Source: the human T2T-CHM13v2.0 reference genome, Homo sapiens
Strand: one strand, 5' to 3'
DNA length: 64,000 bases
NCBI RefSeq assembly: GCF_009914755.1
Contig: NC_060938.1
The notes under the pieces are model-generated. The model had not been told where the DNA came from, did not search any database, and saw only the letters and a program-made list of their open reading frames with translations. The translations under genes and the position numbers were made by a program. Shown piece after piece: positions 57,636-64,000 of the stretch (within the stretch, counting starts at the first letter, position 1; each line of letters starts with the position of its first letter).

Positions 57636-59589
57636 AAGTGTTTAGGAACAGTGAAGCAAAATAAATTTTTCTCTTGAATTGTTTCTAACTATTTTGGGAA
57701 GACCAGCCATGTGAAACCTTAAAGAACACTATAGGACTGTATACAATCAAGTGCTAAATGAGCTTCACTTTATGCAAATCCAACTTAACAGGTCTGACAA
57801 CCTGTAAGGTCACTTCCTTAGTAGTGCTATAATTACTGGTTTCTAATGCCTTCCACTAACAGATATTTCTTTTTTAAAGAAAAAGACAAAAGTTTCCAGT
57901 ATCATAATCAGATTATTTGAATCTTGTTACGTCTGAAAACATCTATACTATGCAGGAACAAAGCAAAACTTGGGCCTATGATGTCAAATGGAGAATTGAA
58001 TCAGAGCCAATATGTGTGTTCATTCCTAAAGCCAGAGTATTTGAAAAGTCTTAAAAATATGTTTTTATAAAAAGCCTCATAATTTTTTTTAAATTTACTA
58101 ACCTCTTATTTCCAAGATGCTTCTTTATCCATTCTAGAGACATCTTATATTTTTTTAAAAGGCTTACATTTATTGATGGTTTAATCCAAATAGTATTTAG
58201 GATGACATGGCCATAGGATCATATCCAAAGCTTATTCATGCTAACCATATTTTATTAAGGCTTATCTCTTAATTAAATAGGAGATTATAGACTATGGTAG
58301 TAGGTTATTTGATGAGGCCATGCACTAGATTTTAAAATATGGATTAGCAGACAAGTCAGTCACAAGTAGTGGTAATACAAATAAGAAAACAAAACACAAG
58401 ATATTAAAAATCAGCAACACAAGATGTTGTTTTGAGCTCCCTCTGCCTTTTTGTTCTGAAGGTTTACTTAAATTAATGAAATGCTGCTATGTGGACTTCA
58501 GTTTCTCTCAGGGATAATACAACTAGGCCTAGGCTACGTGGGATATGCTACCTCTGCTCTGTAAAACCAATCCAGTTTTGCTATCAGACTCCTCTTTTGT
58601 TTTTACAAACTTTTATAAATAGCCATCCCTATTGTCACCTAGATTATTTATGTCTGGCCTCCATGTTCCCTGAGCTGCCTTCTGATCTGTGGAAGGTCTC
58701 TCTGTAGCTTAAAGAGCAAAAGCTATTGAGGCAGAAAAGCAAAATGGCATGAGATTAGCGAGAGCAGAGTTTCTTTCCCTTTGTTCACCATGTCACTTGG
58801 GCTGATGACTTGACAAGACATCAAAAAACAGTACCTGGACAGGAATCAACAATGAGAAGATAAGAGTGGTAAAGGTAAATGGAGCTGAAGAGAACAGAAG
58901 CACAAATACATTCAGCAGTGTAGCTGAGAAAAGTCCATTTAATATATATTCACCATCAGGTTGGTGATGGGTTTATAAAGTCAATGACAAATGGTCTACT
59001 CATTGGCTTACTTCTAATTAGACGTATGCCTTAAATATGGTGTCATTTTACAAAATATGAGGGTCCTGAAGTTATAGTCAAAACCTGAGCTGTGTGCTCT
59101 TAAAAATTCTTCAAAGGCCATGCTCTTGTCTTCATAATCAATCAAAGAATTTGAATCTCTCTTGGTCCTGTGTTCTAAGAACGCAACCAAATAAAGGAAT
59201 TTCAAACACGTATTGGGTAACATGCTAAATGTTTTAGGAGTTTGTGAGAAAGGTGAGATGTGAGAGAAGTACAAGTCATTGCTCCTGCTATTAAGGGAGA
59301 AATAAAACATGATTCAACCAGAGTTGAAAGGAAGATAACTTTAACAGGAGACCGGAGAAACATAGAAGGTACATTTTGTGTTGGAGGAGCTGGAAATGCC
59401 TTTTGGAAAAAGTGGGATGTGACTCAGGTCTTAGTACATGAATAGGATTTTCTTAAACATTGGTGAACAGAGAAAACTTTCCAGTTACATGGAAATAGGT
59501 GAATGAATCATGACGTGTGGAATACTCATACTGTGTGGGAGGTCAGCTGGTAGAACTTTCTGAGTAGATTTAAAAAAATTCAGTAATAA

Positions 59590-59810
59590 ACATTTTAATA
59601 ATTCTTATTACATTTGAGCACTGATAACAGAAGCTTTATATACTTCATTATAGACCCCCACAAGAACCGTGCAAATAGGGATTATTAACCCTTTTTTTGT
59701 CCCTATGTGTTTTTTCTATTAAGTAGGCATGACTCAGAGGGGTTAAATAAATGAATCAACATCCTGTAGTAAGTGACATAATAAGGATTTGCATGCAGGT
59801 CAAGCTGATT
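59590..59810 (-). mobile_element. MIR
   Basis: CCCCACAAGAACCGTGCAAATAGGGATTATTAACCC...GACTCAGAGGGGTTAAATAA. Confidence 0.55.
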
Positions 59811-62800
59811 GACCTAGGGGAGCCTACTTCAGTTCTTCCTGCTGCCTCCCCCTATTATACAAAAACAGTCTCCTGAGCTATCACAGAATTTCAGTGACTC
59901 TAGCCCCTAAAATTCAGAGCCAGTAACATAATGATGTAAAAGCAGAATAAGGCTTGAGATGAATTCCACCTTTGTTTTTGTTAAAATGGGGCTTCAGTGG
60001 AAGAAAGAAATCTAGAAATGCAGTTTCCTTTATTGTGGGCCAAGATAAGTGTAATTCCAAGAGCATGTGCCCTGTCAGAAAACAAATTAGGAAGAGTTAA
60101 GAATACTCCCAATAGTATTAGGGTGCAAACCCGAATCATCTCCAATCACTTCACTCAGAGACTGCACAGGGTCTTTGATTATGGTCACACAGTTAAATGT
60201 CAAGAGACCAGTTGCCCTAAACCTCATTAACCTCCACCATTTCCTATCTTTTACACACAGTAGATGTCTACATTAGTCTTCATTTTCAGATTTTCTGTTC
60301 CCAGACTTCATAAAAGAAGAATTTGCAAATAAGTTTTATCATCATTAACAATACTATCGCTAAAGGGCATATGTGAAGTTTTATGATGGTTTAGCACATT
60401 AATATTTTACAATCAGGCTTTAACATGCTTTTATCTTTTTTACACAAGATTAATATCCTGCCTGAATTAGTTTTATTACATGCATTTTCAATTTTTACTA
60501 AGCTGATTTTCCTGCACTAGAATTTGTTTTTTTCCTACAACTTTTTCATTCTCATCTGTAGGACTTAATACATTTTATCCATCTTAATTTTTTTTTCACA
60601 GTAATGCAAGGATTTTCCTGTTGCGCTGCCATTTGCAATGCCGTCCCATTAGTTAATCACACCATTCGGTGTTAAATCTTTTATTCCACACAACATTTAG
60701 TTTTGTTATCTCCGAAGCCTATACGATTGCTGTCATGCCCATGAAGGTTAAGTAAGAATATAGATTTAGCAAATAACTAATTTGATAAATACCGGCGATC
60801 AAATCAGGTAATTTAGGGTTATATTTTTACTTTAAGGAAGATTACGACTTTCATCAGAGGAATGCAAAAAGTAACACATTATTTCATATTTAGAACCACC
60901 CTAAAATACTAGAAAATATTTCAAAGGTGTTCAAAATAAATTAAAATCTTGAAGTTAGTGCTTTTTATTCTGAAAAGTCTGATTTGCACTCTTACACCTT
61001 TCCAATCTCTAATTTATTGAATAGTAGAGTGTAGACACAGCCTCACTCCTGGCTTGTTTTAGTATATCAGAATGTGGAAATCAAAGTTTGGAGTCTCAGT
61101 TGGACCTGAAAATATACACTTGATTGAAGCCTAGCTTAGCCTAAGCAACACTTAAGGATAATAGACAAGGTATAAAAGCTTATGAGTCAAATAACAAACA
61201 ATAGCAGGAAACGATACCCACACAATAAAGGAATTGGAGAGACATCGATGCAAATTTGATCTTGAAAAAGAAATCAACCAGTATGTTCATATCTATCTTA
61301 TCCCCAACAGCTACTGCGATCTCTTATACTGGCCTCTGAAGCAATGCCTCCAAAAACATATCCCTACAGCAAAATTTTCCATGCTGTGTTCTGGTATTAC
61401 TGGGCCACCCGCCAAATGGTTGGGGAGACAAATTAATATTCATAATGATAGTTTTAATGATTAAAAATTATATAACATCCCTCACCCTCAAAGGGAACTT
61501 ATTGTATGACTGAAACCTCTCAGTGCCTTGATCCAGAGGCCCAAGTCTTCATCATTTTTTGCAGGCCAATGAATTAGTTACTTTGACAGTGAACAAGAAT
61601 AATTTCAGATGGCAATTAAATTATGCACACATAGACAAAGGGGTGAGTGAGGCTACAGGTCAACTCCATACACGATGTTTTCTATTGTCCCAATTTTCCC
61701 TCTTATTCTTAAGTGATTAATTAGTTTAACCCAATTGGCCTTAGGTTAAACTTAGTTAACATCCCTCTGCCTTCATTTTTTATTTTTATTTTTTATTATT
61801 ATTATTTTTGCTGGAACTGTTTAAGCAGAACAAGATAAATAGAATTCCAGCTAGCAAAATCTTTACTTCTCAACTCCATTCTTCCCACTGACTAATCTTA
61901 AAACAAGAAAACTAGTCCATATAATCAAGGTTGAAAAGAACCTGTATACTGCAGAAATCATCTATCATCATACTCCCCCATCCAAAGAGAGCATGGCAAT
62001 CAGAGGCAGAATAATTTGATTGGCTGGAAAACCGACATCAATAATCTTCTCTGTTCTATAAAATAAAACAAAGTGTGCTGAAAATATGATAGGAGGAAAA
62101 AATTTTTATAACAAAATTCCACTTTTAAGTAGGATTTCAGCAAGTATTCTGCATGACATGCGATAGGTGGGATCTGCAAAGATGCACATAAAACAGAAAA
62201 CTTACTTGTGGGAAACCAAATATTTTTGAAGATGGAGTTGACAAGAATCAAGCTCCAAGATTTTCACCCAGATAGAGAAAGCAGGACCATGTATCTGAGT
62301 TATAAAAAACAGAAACCTTTGTTCTTTTCATAAAACAGGAAGAAGAAATCCCCATGGCAGTTGGTATGTGTATTAGCTGCTTCTTGTGTGCTACAGAAAC
62401 AGATGCCATTTTCTTGAGGGATAGAATAACTACTCACTGAACCCCATTAGGATAGCTGAATGCCTCTCCATGCATACTAACTACTTTGCTCACAAACAAG
62501 ATGGTGGATGAGAGGCATAATTAATATGATGTGGACTGAGAGAAAACACTGTGGGGAGTTTTGAATTGTGGCAAGGCAGATAAGGTAACTCCTAAGTGCC
62601 AATTCAATTACTATTAGAATTCATCTGCTACTCTCCACTCCACTTCATATTTAATTATTTCAATAAAGAAGTGTGAGTGATTTTTATCATTTCTATTCAA
62701 TTCCCCAATGCACTTATTTCTTCCCTGGACACATTTATTCTACTATATTCTCTGCTGCTTTTGTGTATAGATTTGGAAAATGAACTCAAAAGACCAGAGA

Positions 62801-63709
62801 GCTGAGGATAGTTGGTATCAGATGTCTCTTCCCTGTAGATTTAAGGGGAAAAAAAGGAAAAAAAATGTTTTGCCAGTTGTGGTTGATTTTTTTCAAAATG
62901 TAGAAACTATTTAACCAGAGCAGCCCAGGCTTTTGTTTCTCAACTCTGTTTGGAACCCTGTGCATTTGCTTGTAGAAAGTCAGACTTTGCTTATCAGTGG
63001 TTTTTCCAAGCTTCTGTTTTGAACACTGTGTGTTAATTCTAGCCACTTCCATTAATTTTTTTTGAAAAAAAAAACAAAAGGAAAAACAAGAAATCAAACA
63101 TTCAGCAGCACCTTACCTCTGAAAGTCTAATTATCTCTATGCATATATTATCTGCTTATTCTCAGACTCCCCATGAAATGATGGGGTACAGAAGCTATTA
63201 ATTTCCTGTTGATAATTCTGGGTGTTGGCATACAGGGAGTGAGTCTTTGTCAACAAGGGGCTCCTCATCTAAATCTGCTGGTACCTGGAGGGCAAAGTGG
63301 AGATACCATATAGCCTTATTCTATGGTTTTCAACTACTCCATAATCATCATAGAGTATTTGACTTTCAAAATTGTCTTCCTCTCTGAATTCTTGGTCTAT
63401 GAAATTTGCAATTAAGTAGTTCTAACTTTGTAATTCGTTCCACAAAGACTCAAAACAGCCTTTTCTGCCTTTAGTCTCTAGAGTCAGCAGTAATGCAACC
63501 AAAATTGGTGAGAATTCACTCTCTCTCTTAAATATCAAATGATAAATTCAGAACCTTGAGAAAGGACCCCAAATGCACCCCCTTCTGTAAAGCTAAAGCT
63601 GACACTAACAATTCATATACCACTGAAGATCAGAGCAATCATTGAGCCATTCTTTGTGTTGCTAGAAAGAGTAGATGAGATTTAAAAGAGATCTTTTCTC
63701 CAGGGATAT

Positions 63710-63878
63710 GAAACATGGCTTGGGAGTCAGACCACCTTGGCTCACATCTTGGCTCTTCCACTTACTGAGGATACAAATGTGGATTGAATAAACTAAGGAT
63801 TAGTGCTATTGTACAAAAACATACAGAAAAGTAACTGGCATGTAGTAAGTGTTAAAAATAATTGGCTGCTATTATTGT
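63710..63878 (+). mobile_element. MIR, internally deleted
   Basis: ATGGCTTGGGAGTCAGAC...TGGCTCTTCCACTTACT and CTGGCATGTAGTAAGTGTTAA. Confidence 0.65.
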
Positions 63879-64000
63879 TGTTGGGGTTCAGAAACAAACC
63901 AAAATATGGCACTTTGACATGCTGAACCAAGGAAACCTCAAGGTCTCCCTGACTGCCCCTCCGCACCACCCTGCCACCCTGTCTCTTAGTCTTCTGCCTC
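63879..64000 (+). mobile_element. ERV1-class LTR 5' part (MER39B-like), cut by the window end
   Basis: TGTTGGGGTTCAGAAA...CCAAAATATGGCACTTTGACATGCTGAAC...CCTCAAGGTCTC. Confidence 0.7.

Overview
Primate (human or great-ape) genomic DNA: AT-rich, CpG-poor and repeat-dense. I cannot identify any host protein-coding exon or name a gene. The only real coding homology is a full-length, inactivated L1PA4-like LINE-1 (24101-30175, minus strand, TSD visible) nested inside a Charlie1a hAT transposon. Other content: five Alus, old L1M/L2/L3/MIR fragments, MaLR and ERV1 LTRs, MER5/MER44/MADE1 DNA-transposon relics, and a ~1.6-kb AT-rich minisatellite. All recognisable L1 pieces are on the minus strand, which hints at a long intron of a plus-strand gene (inference). 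Best-supported oddities: (1) a frame-preserving micro-inversion that flips the catalytic GDFN motif of the L1 endonuclease; (2) a templated-insertion deletion scar removing the RT QGCPLSP motif; (3) an open ORF0 with its splice donors ~1 kb upstream of an AG|GTAAGT recursive-splice-like site; (4) a minisatellite bracketed by both direct and inverted repeats; (5) two promoter-like motif clusters, at ~5.7 kb (with a near-perfect steroid-receptor element) and ~20.7 kb (antisense). I found no convincing evidence for a new biological system. Repeat subfamily names come from recalled consensus sequences, and old-repeat boundaries are approximate.
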